Origin: Candidatus Fermentibacterota bacterium
Lineage (GTDB): Bacteria > Fermentibacterota > Fermentibacteria > Fermentibacterales > JCC-6
Direction of reading: 5' to 3'
Assembly (NCBI GenBank): GCA_963845085.1
Contig: CAWJQI010000005.1
Location: forward strand, 192,001-256,000
Length of the DNA stretch: 64,000 bases
Position numbers and translations under genes: made by a program. The stretch's first letter is position 1, and each line of letters opens with the position of its first letter. Under the pieces are notes generated by a model. It saw only the letters and a list, made by a program, of their open reading frames with translations. It was not told the origin of the DNA and ran no database searches. Shown here one piece after another: positions 26,844 through 36,210 of the stretch.

Positions 26844-29147
26844 TTGATCCTACCGTTCGACCCGAAGACCCGCACCGTAACATGCGCCATCGGAACTCTT
26901 CTCGAGCTGTGTCTGCTGCCTGAAACACTTCGCGGCGGTGACGATCTCATCGACCAGAAGACCCGGATGAAACTCCACAACGAGGCTCAGAGGAGGAAGG
27001 CGGCCGAAACGGGCGGTGCCACCGAGGTAAAGACGCAGATGCGCTCGAGTGTGAACGGCATCCGCTTTGTCCTTTCAGGGAGGGCTGATGTGGCCTCCCC
27101 GGACGGGATATGGGAGGTCAAGACCTGCTCTGCCCTGCGGGAATCACCGATGAAGAGCCACAGGCTTCAGCTCTTCTTCTACATGAAAGCCCTGAAGGCC
27201 ACCGCGGGGACACTCCTTTACGTCGACGTTGAAACGGCCGAGGAACGGGTCCTCCCGCAGGACAGGAAGGTGCTGGCCCGTCTCTGGAAGGAATTCCTTC
27301 GTGATGCCTCCCTGCTCGTACGCGACGAGTGGATGCACCACGAATCACTCAGGGAGAGCCTCGACGGTTTCGCCTTCCCTTTCCCGCACTGGCGTCCGGG
27401 GCAGAAGGAACTGTCGGACTCAACAGGGCTGGCCGTGGAATCATCCCGGGAAACCATGATCCAGGCGCCCACCGGAACCGGCAAGACAGCAGCGATAATC
27501 TTCGGAGCCATTACTCCGGCGGTGAGTTCCTGGAACACGCTCTTCTTCCTTACAGCGAAGAACACGCAGAAGAAGCTGGCCCTTGAAACAGGCGTTCTCT
27601 TCAGAATGAACGGTCTCCCACTGAGGGTTTGCGCACTTTCATCCCGCCAGGCCACCTGCCCTCTGGACAGCGACCGCTGCTCTCCCGAGACATGTCCCCT
27701 CGCCGAGGTCTTCGAGGAGAGGGTGAAGGGCGCCGCCCTGCTGGAAGAGCTGCTCGCGATTGGTGCGATCGGCACCGAAATCCTTGTGGAGAAAAGCCTT
27801 GCGGCAGGCGTGTGCCCGTTTGAAACCGGCCTGTGCCTGGCCCAGCGCTGTGACCTTGTGATCTGCGACTACAACCATGTCTTCGACCCGTCGGCAAGCC
27901 TGAAAAGGTTCTTCGCCATTGAGGAAACCGCTTCAAGGATAGATCTGCTCGTCGACGAGGCAGGCAATCTTCCCGACCGGGTCATGAAGATATGGTCACC
28001 CGAGCTGAGGGCCTCATGGCTTGCAAAAACAGCGGCTTTTGCCGGAAAACAGAAAAACCGGAAGCTGTCGAGACTGGTCCGCCCCTGGAAAAGGCTTGTG
28101 GAGAACGCCGGGGCGTTCGTTCCGGAGAACTCCGCTGACGATGTGGTTCTTCCTTCCGAAACATCGCCCCCGCGAGTAGACACCCTGCGCTGGAGAAAAG
28201 CTCTCGGCACATCACCGGAGCTTCCCCTCGAAACGCTCGAACTCTCACGTGCCGTTGCCCGCTTCTCCCTGGTGGCGGAACGGCTTGACGAGAGGTTCCA
28301 CCTCCTTGCCCGGACTGAGCAGGGCGACACCGTTCTTCAGTGGTTCTGCACTGATCCGGGTGAACTCACGGCCGAAGTCCACAGGCGGTGCAGATCAGTG
28401 ACGGCCTTCAGCGCAACCCTCTCCCCCCCGCCTCACTTCCGCCGGCTGCTCGGTTTCGCCGACGACGCCGGCTGGACCGAGACGGAGTGGCCCTTTCCGC
28501 CTGAAAACCTGAGGGTGTGGATCGATTCGACCGTCGACACCCGCTGGCGGTCAAGAAAGAACGCCACAGTCCATATCGCGAAGAGGGTCGGAAGCGCCTG
28601 GAACAAGACACCGGGCACATGGCTGGTGTGGTTCCCGTCCTTCAGCTGGATGGAGGAGGTCGCTGCACTGCTTGGAGAACTCGAGCCCCTGGTGCAACCC
28701 AGGTCATCGACTCAGGGTGAACGCGAAGTCTTTCTGACAAAAGCCTGCGCGGGGAGACAGCTGGTCATGACGGTGGCCGGCGGTGTGTTCTCGGAAGGGG
28801 TGGACATGAGCTTCCCCGACCTGAGGGGCGGCTTCGTTGCAGGGCCGTCACTTCCGGCTGTGAACACAAGACAGGAGCTTGTCAGGGCAAGGCATGAAAA
28901 GGTGTACGGAGACGGTTTCCTTCATGCATACGTTGTTCCGGGCATGAACAGGGTTATCCAGGCGGCGGGCAGGCTTGTGAGAAACCCGGAACAGAGGGCT
29001 GAACTGATCCTTCTGGGTGGCAGGTTCATTCAAAGCCCATACGTGGAACTTCTTCCTGCACATTGGCTTCCGGCAAGAGTCATCACAAGGGACGGTATCA
29101 GAATGCTGAAGGGGGGAGGTCGAAACCTCCCCCCTGAAACCCGGTGA
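26844..29147 (+). CDS. DinG/XPD-family Fe-S helicase fused to an N-terminal PD-(D/E)XK nuclease domain
   Basis: GRAD...WEVKT and LQLFFY nuclease motifs. Helicase motifs RPGQ, APTGTGKT, 4 Cys, VDEAGNL, SATL, FPSF, FSEGVD, QAAGRLVR. TTG start after AGGGGG. Confidence 0.85.
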   Translation: MILPFDPKTRTVTCAIGTLLELCLLPETLRGGDDLIDQKTRMKLHNEAQRRKAAETGGATEVKTQMRSSVNGIRFVLSGRADVASPDGIWEVKTCSALRESPMKSHRLQLFFYMKALKATAGTLLYVDVETAEERVLPQDRKVLARLWKEFLRDASLLVRDEWMHHESLRESLDGFAFPFPHWRPGQKELSDSTGLAVESSRETMIQAPTGTGKTAAIIFGAITPAVSSWNTLFFLTAKNTQKKLALETGVLFRMNGLPLRVCALSSRQATCPLDSDRCSPETCPLAEVFEERVKGAALLEELLAIGAIGTEILVEKSLAAGVCPFETGLCLAQRCDLVICDYNHVFDPSASLKRFFAIEETASRIDLLVDEAGNLPDRVMKIWSPELRASWLAKTAAFAGKQKNRKLSRLVRPWKRLVENAGAFVPENSADDVVLPSETSPPRVDTLRWRKALGTSPELPLETLELSRAVARFSLVAERLDERFHLLARTEQGDTVLQWFCTDPGELTAEVHRRCRSVTAFSATLSPPPHFRRLLGFADDAGWTETEWPFPPENLRVWIDSTVDTRWRSRKNATVHIAKRVGSAWNKTPGTWLVWFPSFSWMEEVAALLGELEPLVQPRSSTQGEREVFLTKACAGRQLVMTVAGGVFSEGVDMSFPDLRGGFVAGPSLPAVNTRQELVRARHEKVYGDGFLHAYVVPGMNRVIQAAGRLVRNPEQRAELILLGGRFIQSPYVELLPAHWLPARVITRDGIRMLKGGGRNLPPETR
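29111..29134 (-). terminator. Hairpin inside the helicase 3' end, probable terminator of the convergent lipoprotein gene
   Basis: GGGGGGAGGT-CGAA-ACCTCCCCCC, which reads as a TTCG loop on the minus strand. Confidence 0.5.
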
Positions 29148-29179
29148 GGAAAAACTACTGGGTGACGGGCTGCTCGCCC

Positions 29180-29407
29180 TCAACCATCCTCAGCGCCTTC
29201 GACGACTTCCTCGACGACCTCTTCACCCTCGACGATTGTCGAATCGGTGACGACTTCCTCGATGACCTCTTCGGTCACGACTTCCTCGACGACCTCGACG
29301 CTGTCGGTGGCAACGGTCTCATCGGTCTCTTCGGTGGCGGGCTCGTCGCAGCCGATGCTGGCGAAAGCCATGAAGACGGTAAGAACGGTTATTACGAGGT
29401 ACTTCAT
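29180..29407 (-). CDS. Small acidic low-complexity lipoprotein
   Basis: AGGAGG RBS, MKYLVITVLTVFMAFASIGC signal/lipobox, E/V/T-rich tail. Confidence 0.75.
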   Translation of the reverse strand: MKYLVITVLTVFMAFASIGCDEPATEETDETVATDSVEVVEEVVTEEVIEEVVTDSTIVEGEEVVEEVVEGAEDG

Positions 29408-29543
29408 TTCCAAATCCTCCTGTAGCAAACTCTGCAAAAGTTTTCCTGATGCTGAGATTTTCAGCTCAGAGATTCGGTCCTGATGTTTTTTGAGCTTTCA
29501 GGGCCTTATGGGAAGGTAATATTCACTCCCGGGAAACCTGATG

Positions 29544-30446
29544 TCAAGGTGTGAGTGCTCTTGCGTAATTACCGAAGTGCACCTTTGCATAACTGTATAA
29601 CACGTCATTTCCAAGGGCTCTGACCAGCTCTCTGCCCAGGGCGTCAGCGGGGGCTCCAGCCCCGGGTGTGAGCCTGACCGGAATATCCCGTGAAAGCCTG
29701 TCAAGTTCCCTCAGGTAGAGCCCCCTTGCGATAACCGAGGCGGCGGCCACGACGGGATCGTCCTCGGCACGGCATCGAAGCATCAGCTCATAGTCGCCCC
29801 TTGGAAGCCATTGCGAAAGCCTTTGCCCGGAACAGAACCTGTCCACCACGACCGTGCCGGCCCGGGTTCTCGCATACAGGTCGGTTATCACCTCACCGTG
29901 GGCCATTGCCTGAATATCGAGGCTGTTCATCCCCCTTCTCTTGAAATCGCTGAAAAGGCTGTTGTATTCCGGCGGCGGCACGATCCGGGAAGCCCAGGCA
30001 AGGTCGCCCATGCCAGTCAGGGTGTCGAGAAGCCTGAGGACACGCTCGTTGGTCAGGGTCTTTGAATCCGCCACTCCGAGTGAGACAAACAGCTTCGCCA
30101 TGCTGTCGTCACAGGCCACGCCGGCAGCCACGAGCGGTCCGAACCAGTCCCCCTTGCCGGCTTCATCCGTTCCTATCCGGAGGCCGGATGCGGGATGGGG
30201 AAGAGGCTTTCCGCCAAGGAGACAGGCAGCCGTGGCCAGCAGTCCGGAGTCGCCGCCGGCGGGAACGAAGGAAAAGCCTTTCTTCGCCGACCAGTAATAG
30301 TTCATCCCGCATGACACACCATCGAGGGAAAGGTTTACCTGAATGCCGTTTACCAGCTTCTTCTCAGACACCGTGGAAATGCCCTTTGCGGCAAGCAGCC
30401 GCCTGGCGAGTGCCGTGCATTCGGGCAACCCTGAACCGAGCGTCAT
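29544..30446 (-). CDS. rnhC: Ribonuclease HIII
   Basis: IGTDEAGKGDWFGPLV, GVADSKTL, YNSL, VVDRF, VAAASVIAR, AKVHF. Confidence 0.85.
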   Translation of the reverse strand: MTLGSGLPECTALARRLLAAKGISTVSEKKLVNGIQVNLSLDGVSCGMNYYWSAKKGFSFVPAGGDSGLLATAACLLGGKPLPHPASGLRIGTDEAGKGDWFGPLVAAGVACDDSMAKLFVSLGVADSKTLTNERVLRLLDTLTGMGDLAWASRIVPPPEYNSLFSDFKRRGMNSLDIQAMAHGEVITDLYARTRAGTVVVDRFCSGQRLSQWLPRGDYELMLRCRAEDDPVVAAASVIARGLYLRELDRLSRDIPVRLTPGAGAPADALGRELVRALGNDVLYSYAKVHFGNYARALTP

Positions 30447-31243
30447 TCGAAGGGGTTTTCTATCTCCAGAATCGTTCCGGCGGTGTAGGATTCAAGCAGG
30501 CAGGAGATCTCACCGATCACCATCGATGCGGTCATGAGAACCGGCATGTGTCTGCTGTCATCCGTGACCCAGATGAATATCTCGCCCTGCTGCTTGAATA
30601 TCCCGTCGCCGCGCAGCTCGGGTTTCAAAAGGACGCACTGGAAGGTTCCGGCGGGAGTTCTGATCGTGTTGCGCTCCAGCACGTTCACCCAGAGCGGGTA
30701 GTTGTCGTTGTCCACGTGCACGTCAATGCTGAACCTGTCGCCCACGCTGAAGGAAAGGGTTCGTGCGTAATAGAAGGCTCCCAGCACATCGAGTGCATGG
30801 GGCGGGATCAGATCCTCCATCTTCTCAGGATCGGTCTCGCCCGGATAAAGGGCAATCCCCTCCTCCTGCTCAAAAAGGGTTTCCTCAGCCCTGCTGTACT
30901 CCCCCTCGCGGATGTCCTTGAAATATCGAAGGGTGTGAAGCTGGACGATGTCGAGGTGGGAACGGTTGACGTCTCTCACCGAGAAGAAATTGTCGAAGAC
31001 AGGGTTGCTGCGCGCCTCGGCAGTGATGTTGTAAGCCAGCAGGCCGTTCATATCCTCGGGGCCCGTGACTGCAAGCGATGCCGTACCGGCCCTCATGATT
31101 CCGTATTGAACGCTGAAGACAAACCTCTCGCCCGGCCCCCAGGAATCGTTCGGGACAAACCTTCTTGTGAACTCGCCCCAGTCCCAGACGGTTTCAGCCT
31201 GGAGCGAGGAAACAACAAGCATGGCGCACAGGATGAACTTCAT
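30443..31243 (-). CDS. DUF3108 family exported protein
   Basis: Signal peptide, GERFVFSVQYG..AG, DVLGAFYYAR, TPAGTFQC, IWVTDDSRHMPV. Confidence 0.75.
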   Translation of the reverse strand: MKFILCAMLVVSSLQAETVWDWGEFTRRFVPNDSWGPGERFVFSVQYGIMRAGTASLAVTGPEDMNGLLAYNITAEARSNPVFDNFFSVRDVNRSHLDIVQLHTLRYFKDIREGEYSRAEETLFEQEEGIALYPGETDPEKMEDLIPPHALDVLGAFYYARTLSFSVGDRFSIDVHVDNDNYPLWVNVLERNTIRTPAGTFQCVLLKPELRGDGIFKQQGEIFIWVTDDSRHMPVLMTASMVIGEISCLLESYTAGTILEIENPFE

Positions 31244-32289
31244 TTCTCCGCCTTTCGGATTACGCTACCGGGTGTGATACACACCCCGGCGAGGGCATGT
31301 TCCCATTTCCGCCCAACGGCGGCAAGCGAGAACTCCGTGCAAACATATTCCCTGGCGGCCCTTCCCAGGTACTCCGCAACTTCCGGCTGCTCTGCGAGGT
31401 GGTTCAGCTGGGCGGAAAGCTGAACATGATTGCCCGGCGAATGCAGAAGTCCGGTTACGCCGTCGCGCACAATGTCGCAAAGCCCGTTGGTCGCCGCCGC
31501 AAGCACGGGCAGCCCGGAACTCATCATCTCCAGACCGGCCCTGCTTACAACCTCGCTGCCGAGACTGGTGACAACGCCGATTGAAGCCCTTGCGAGCAGC
31601 GGTCGAACGTCTTCGAGACGGCCGGCAAAAACGATCCTGTCCCGCACCCCGTTCGCCTCAGCATACTCGCCCAGCTCCCCGGCATTCTGCTGGTCATCCC
31701 CGCCCGCTATCACTGCGCTCCAATCCGGCGGCATGCCGGCAATCGCCCTGATAAGTGTCCTGTGCCCCTTGACAGGGCTCAGCCGCCCGAGGGACACAAC
31801 GATCTTCTCCCGGCGCCCGGTGGAAGGTGTGAACCGGCTGGTATCGACGGGAAACGGAACGACCCCGACCGGCCCTGTCCTTCTGCCCTGGTACCCGCGC
31901 GCGACCATGAAAGGCGAGGGGAAGACAACAAGGGAGGTACGGCGGTCGACCAGATCCCAGAGGAACCCACGTGATGCTTTTCGCTGATCGTTCCTCACCC
32001 TGACCAGTGGAACGAAGGGCGAAAACAGGGCAGCGGCCGACTGACCCTCCCCGCAGTGGGCGCAGATAACGTCCGGATGAGTTTTCCGCAGCCGAAGCAT
32101 GAATCCCCAGACACTGCAGGGGATAACACTATCAACACCAGCGGAAACAGCCATTTCCGCGACAGACCCAACTGCGGGAACCTGCAGCAATACCCTGTGA
32201 CCGAGCTTCTGCAGCACGAGTGCCTGCATCGCAGCTCCCTGGGCCAGCGCGTTCCACCATTTGCAGTTCGCAGTGACGATCACCCTCAA
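31240..32289 (-). CDS. Glycosyltransferase family 4 (GT-B)
   Basis: VDTSRF, GRLSPVKG, SEVVSRAGLEMMSSGLPV, DGVTGLL. Confidence 0.85.
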   Translation of the reverse strand: MRVIVTANCKWWNALAQGAAMQALVLQKLGHRVLLQVPAVGSVAEMAVSAGVDSVIPCSVWGFMLRLRKTHPDVICAHCGEGQSAAALFSPFVPLVRVRNDQRKASRGFLWDLVDRRTSLVVFPSPFMVARGYQGRRTGPVGVVPFPVDTSRFTPSTGRREKIVVSLGRLSPVKGHRTLIRAIAGMPPDWSAVIAGGDDQQNAGELGEYAEANGVRDRIVFAGRLEDVRPLLARASIGVVTSLGSEVVSRAGLEMMSSGLPVLAAATNGLCDIVRDGVTGLLHSPGNHVQLSAQLNHLAEQPEVAEYLGRAAREYVCTEFSLAAVGRKWEHALAGVCITPGSVIRKAEK

Positions 32290-32355
32290 GGCTTGCCCTC
32301 CTTCAGAACGGTTTTATACTGCACCCAGCGGGGGATGAAAACACCGGGAGGACGG

Positions 32356-33507
32356 ATGAGGGCTTCAAACAGGATGAACGCGGTGCACATGCCGCCTATC
32401 CACCCCATGATGAACAGAATCCGCGAGATGCGCAGGCATGGCGAGAAAGTGTTCTCGATGGCTCAGGCCGTTCCCTGGTTCGGGCCTCCCGAGCGGGCGC
32501 TTCAGGCCCTCATGCAGCGGGCAGGGGAACCGTTCACCCATCTCTACAGCCCCGACCCGGGCCTTGATTCCACCCGCCGTGCGCTGGCTGACGATCTTGC
32601 CCGGCGACGCGGCATCGAAGTCGATCCGGATACTGAGCTTCATCTCACCTGCGGAGCCAGTCAGGCATTTCTGGGCGCTCTGCTCTCGGTCGCGGACCAG
32701 GGTGACAGGGTCATCGTCATTGAACCCTATTACTTCGACCACATGTTCGCCATTCAGTTTTCCGGCATCCAGCCCGACATTGTGTCAATGCGCGAGACCG
32801 GGGGCTGGGAGTTTCCCTGGGAGCAGGTCTCCCGGAGGATCCCGGGGGCAAAAGCACTGGTCCTGGTCAATCCCGGCAACCCGACGGGTGCAGTGCTTTC
32901 CGAGGGCGAGCTGAAGGAACTTGCGGCGGCCACTGAGAATCACGGGTGCGCGCTTCTTATCGATGAGACCTACGAACGTTTCAATTTCTCGGGAAGCAGC
33001 TGGCACCCCTGGAAGGAGGAAAAGGTCGGGCACGTTCTCACCCTGGGCAGCTTCTCCAAAAGCTTCGGCATCTCCGGCTGGAGGCTCGGATACCTGTTCG
33101 GCCCCGGCAACCTTCTTGGCGAGGCCCTGAAGGTGCAGGATTCGGTGGTCATCTGCCCGCCGACACCGGCACAGATCCTGCTCGAGGAGTGCCTGAGGAT
33201 AGATGGCTTCTCCGAGCTGAAGGCCGCAGGCGTACTGGCTCGGCTGAATTCTTGCAGGAAGGCGCTGGAGCATGCCGAAGGTCTTGCGTGGCGCGAAGCC
33301 GGAGGCGGTTTCTTCACACTAGCCGCGTGCCCGGGCAGGAACAGCTACGAGGTTTCCGAGCAGCTTCTGTCGCAATACAGGATCGGCACAATTCCGGGTG
33401 GGGCGTTCGGGGCTGCAGGCGAGGGACACGTTCGGATCAGCTTCGGCTGTCTGCCGGACCACCTGCTGTCGGAAGCCATGGATGCCCTGGCATCGGTGAG
33501 GCTTTGA
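32356..33507 (+). CDS. PLP-dependent aminotransferase class I/II
   Basis: ATG after GGAGG. VNPGNPTG, IDETYE, SFSKSFGISGWRLG, IPGGAFG, VRISFG. Confidence 0.88.
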   Translation: MRASNRMNAVHMPPIHPMMNRIREMRRHGEKVFSMAQAVPWFGPPERALQALMQRAGEPFTHLYSPDPGLDSTRRALADDLARRRGIEVDPDTELHLTCGASQAFLGALLSVADQGDRVIVIEPYYFDHMFAIQFSGIQPDIVSMRETGGWEFPWEQVSRRIPGAKALVLVNPGNPTGAVLSEGELKELAAATENHGCALLIDETYERFNFSGSSWHPWKEEKVGHVLTLGSFSKSFGISGWRLGYLFGPGNLLGEALKVQDSVVICPPTPAQILLEECLRIDGFSELKAAGVLARLNSCRKALEHAEGLAWREAGGGFFTLAACPGRNSYEVSEQLLSQYRIGTIPGGAFGAAGEGHVRISFGCLPDHLLSEAMDALASVRL

Positions 33508-33547
33508 TCAGGATGCAGTCAATACACCAATGAGGAAAGGGGGAAGC

Positions 33548-35020
33548 ATGAAGCTTTCCATCGCCCTGATGATCTTCGTTTCAGTCATTTCAACTCTCGC
33601 AGCCGAGCCGGTTTCAGTCTCGACCGCCCGGCAGGCGGCTGAAGGCAGGGTCGCCCGGGACGGACACACCGGCACCCACACAATATCCGCGGTCATCCCA
33701 GTCGAAAATGCCGCCTCGCAGCCTCTCGCCTACCTGTTCGAACTCAGCCCGACCGGATATGTCGTGACCTCTGCCGATGGCGACCTGCCTCCCGTGATAG
33801 CCTACTCATATGAGAACGGCTGCGCCGTTGATGAATCCGGGAGCAACCCCCTCCTTGAAATGGTCATCACCGACATGGGGCTTCGCCTGTCGGTGATTGA
33901 CCAGGCACCCGAGGGGCTGATCCGCCTTCACCGGGCAATGTGGGATGAGTACCTGTCCGGCAGGTTGGGTGTCTCCTCTCCTGCGCTGTTTGAGCAATGG
34001 CCACCCGAGGGCAGCACCCCGACAGGCGGATGGCTCATGGAGAACTGGCACCAGGGCGCGCCCTTCAACCAGTACTGCCCGATGGACCTGATCGCGGGCG
34101 CCAGAAGCGTGGCGGGCTGCCCGGCCGTCGCCATGGGCATGATCGTGAACCTCGGCGAGACCACGAACGGCACAAGGTTCGACGATGACGATGACTATTA
34201 CCACAACTACCACGAGTACTACTGGATCGACGACGACTTCGTTGCCCATGATTTCCCGTCCTGGACCGAACTGAACGGCTACATGGACATCATCGACTCC
34301 CACTACGCTGCTCAGACACCGCTCGCAGACTCGGACAAGGCAGCTCTCGTCTACGCGTGCGGTGCTGCATGCAGGCAGGTCTACACGGCATCTGTCTCCG
34401 GCACCTTCGGTGTGGATCAGGCCTACGAAGCATACCTCAGGTTCGACTTCGACGAGTGTCTCCTGATGTACGCATCCTCCGACAGCCTCTATGAAAAACT
34501 CTCACAGAACATGATGGATGCGATGCCGGCTCACCTCGCCATTGTGGATGCAGGGCCGACCTACGGCCACAACGTCGTTCTCGACGGTTACAATACCGAC
34601 GAATTCTACCACATCAACTTCGGCTGGAACGGCCCCTACAACGGCTGGTACCAGTTCCCCCTCACTGAAATGCCGTATGAAATGAACATCATCGAGGGGA
34701 TCATTCTGGACATCGGCGACGGTCAGCTTTCTGCAGATGAGGGTGCTGCCGGGGGTCTTCCCATGATCTCACTTGCGCCGGGATCGAATCCCGCTGCAAC
34801 GCCGGTTCAGCTGAGAATGACTCTGAGCCAGGAATCACAGGTCACGATCAGGGTCTACGACATCTCAGGGCACCTCGTCGACACCGTTGCGGGGGCTGCC
34901 TTCAGCGCGGGAACCCATGATCTGGCATGGAACGCGTCGAACGCATCGAGCGGGGTCTACTTCCTCGTTGCCTCCGGACCCTGGGGCGCAAGCACCCTCC
35001 GCTTCACACTGTTGCCGTAG
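33548..35020 (+). CDS. Peptidase C10 (streptopain-like) with propeptide and T9SS/FlgD-type CTD
   Basis: Signal peptide, WHQGAPFNQYCP, AGCPAVAMG (Cys), GHNVVLDGY (His), HINFGWNG, CTD VYDISGHLV...SGVYFL. Confidence 0.88.
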   Translation: MKLSIALMIFVSVISTLAAEPVSVSTARQAAEGRVARDGHTGTHTISAVIPVENAASQPLAYLFELSPTGYVVTSADGDLPPVIAYSYENGCAVDESGSNPLLEMVITDMGLRLSVIDQAPEGLIRLHRAMWDEYLSGRLGVSSPALFEQWPPEGSTPTGGWLMENWHQGAPFNQYCPMDLIAGARSVAGCPAVAMGMIVNLGETTNGTRFDDDDDYYHNYHEYYWIDDDFVAHDFPSWTELNGYMDIIDSHYAAQTPLADSDKAALVYACGAACRQVYTASVSGTFGVDQAYEAYLRFDFDECLLMYASSDSLYEKLSQNMMDAMPAHLAIVDAGPTYGHNVVLDGYNTDEFYHINFGWNGPYNGWYQFPLTEMPYEMNIIEGIILDIGDGQLSADEGAAGGLPMISLAPGSNPAATPVQLRMTLSQESQVTIRVYDISGHLVDTVAGAAFSAGTHDLAWNASNASSGVYFLVASGPWGASTLRFTLLP

Positions 35021-35029
35021 TGCTGCGGG

Positions 35030-35872
35030 ATGGGCGGGTCGAAGGGAGCCTCAAACCTAAGGCTGCTTCTTGGAAAGGTGTATCACATTCTGAGGAGGAC
35101 CGGATACTGGTACCTCTCCGGAACCGATTTCGCCTCTGAACGACCCGCCCATCACCTGCCCCATACCGTTTTTTCGCATCGCACCCCGCTTCTGAGAGAT
35201 TTGCGCTCAGTTGACATGTGGTTGCAATACAATAAGATAACTAACCTCAGGATTGCGGTCGAACAACTTGACGGGCTCGTTGTCAGATCAGGCCAGGTAT
35301 TCTCATTCTGGCGGCAGGTCGGAAAACCAACCGCTGGAAGGGGGTTTCTGCCGGGCATGGTCCTGTGCCGCGGCAGGGTCATTCCGGGAACCGGCGGGGG
35401 ACTCTGCCAGCTGTCCAACCTGATCTACTGGATGACCCTGCACACCCCGATGACCGTCCTCGAGCGCTGGCGGCACGGGTACGACGTCTTTCCCGACGCG
35501 GACAGGGAACAGCCTTTTGGAAGCGGCGCCACCTGCGCATATCCCGCCATAGATCTGAGGATGAGGAATGGAACGTGCTCAACCTTCCAGCTGCAGCTTG
35601 AGGTGACAAAAACGCACCTTTGCGGAAGCTGGGTGAGCGATCAAAAGCCAGCGGTGGTCTACAGGGTCATTGAGGCGGATCACAGGTTCACGCAGGAAAG
35701 CTGGGGCGGTTATACACGCCACAACAGACTCTACCGGCAGGTGCTCGATCCACTGACCGGTGAAAAGCTTGGCGAAGAGTTCATAACGGAAAACCATGCA
35801 CTCATGATGTACAGCCCCCTGATCGCAGCGCCACGGGAACAGGGATGCAGTGAGCCGCTGGCGGTACATTGA
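35030..35872 (+). CDS. VanW family protein
   Basis: NKITNL, FSFWRQVG, GGGLCQLSN, ERWRH, PFGSGAT. Confidence 0.85.
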   Translation: MGGSKGASNLRLLLGKVYHILRRTGYWYLSGTDFASERPAHHLPHTVFSHRTPLLRDLRSVDMWLQYNKITNLRIAVEQLDGLVVRSGQVFSFWRQVGKPTAGRGFLPGMVLCRGRVIPGTGGGLCQLSNLIYWMTLHTPMTVLERWRHGYDVFPDADREQPFGSGATCAYPAIDLRMRNGTCSTFQLQLEVTKTHLCGSWVSDQKPAVVYRVIEADHRFTQESWGGYTRHNRLYRQVLDPLTGEKLGEEFITENHALMMYSPLIAAPREQGCSEPLAVH

Positions 35873-35942
35873 CGCAATTGCCCACTTTGCACAGTATTGC
35901 GGCCATCACGCCACCGAACAGCACAACCGTTGGAGGATCAGG

Positions 35943-36182
35943 ATGCAGCATGTCATGGGAATTCTGCCGTTTCTCATCATGATGGGGGTTTATTCCGTTC
36001 TCTCGATCGTCTTCGCCTTCGTACGTCCCCCCCATTTCCTTGAGGGGATCTTCAAGGTTCCCGGAATCTTCTCCTTTCTGCCCGACAATCTTGTCATGCC
36101 GGTCGGCAGGATATTTGTCGGCCTCTGCGGCATTGCCGTGATAGTGATCCTGGTGGTGCAGCTCACATCAATTCCAGCCTGA
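35943..36182 (+). CDS. Small two-TM membrane protein
   Basis: GGAGG RBS and two hydrophobic segments. Confidence 0.65.
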   Translation: MQHVMGILPFLIMMGVYSVLSIVFAFVRPPHFLEGIFKVPGIFSFLPDNLVMPVGRIFVGLCGIAVIVILVVQLTSIPA

Positions 36183-36210
36183 ACAGGCCGTGCACTCCCC
36201 TCGCAGGGCT

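Noticed and set aside
26844..29147. CRISPR-associated Cas4 or type IV CasDinG
   Set aside because: No repeat-spacer array or other cas genes anywhere in the window, and the context is housekeeping.
29144..29425. ORF with striking DDFLDDLF repeats
   Set aside because: It is the antisense image of the EEVV repeats of the lipoprotein, which has the RBS and signal peptide.
30062..31423. 453-aa + strand ORF
   Set aside because: Antisense shadow of the rnhC, DUF3108 and GT4 genes, typical of high-GC DNA.
35030..35872. Vancomycin-resistance locus (VanW plus L,D-transpeptidase)
   Set aside because: VanW-family proteins are widespread, there are no vanHAX/RS genes, and the two genes are about 24 kb apart.
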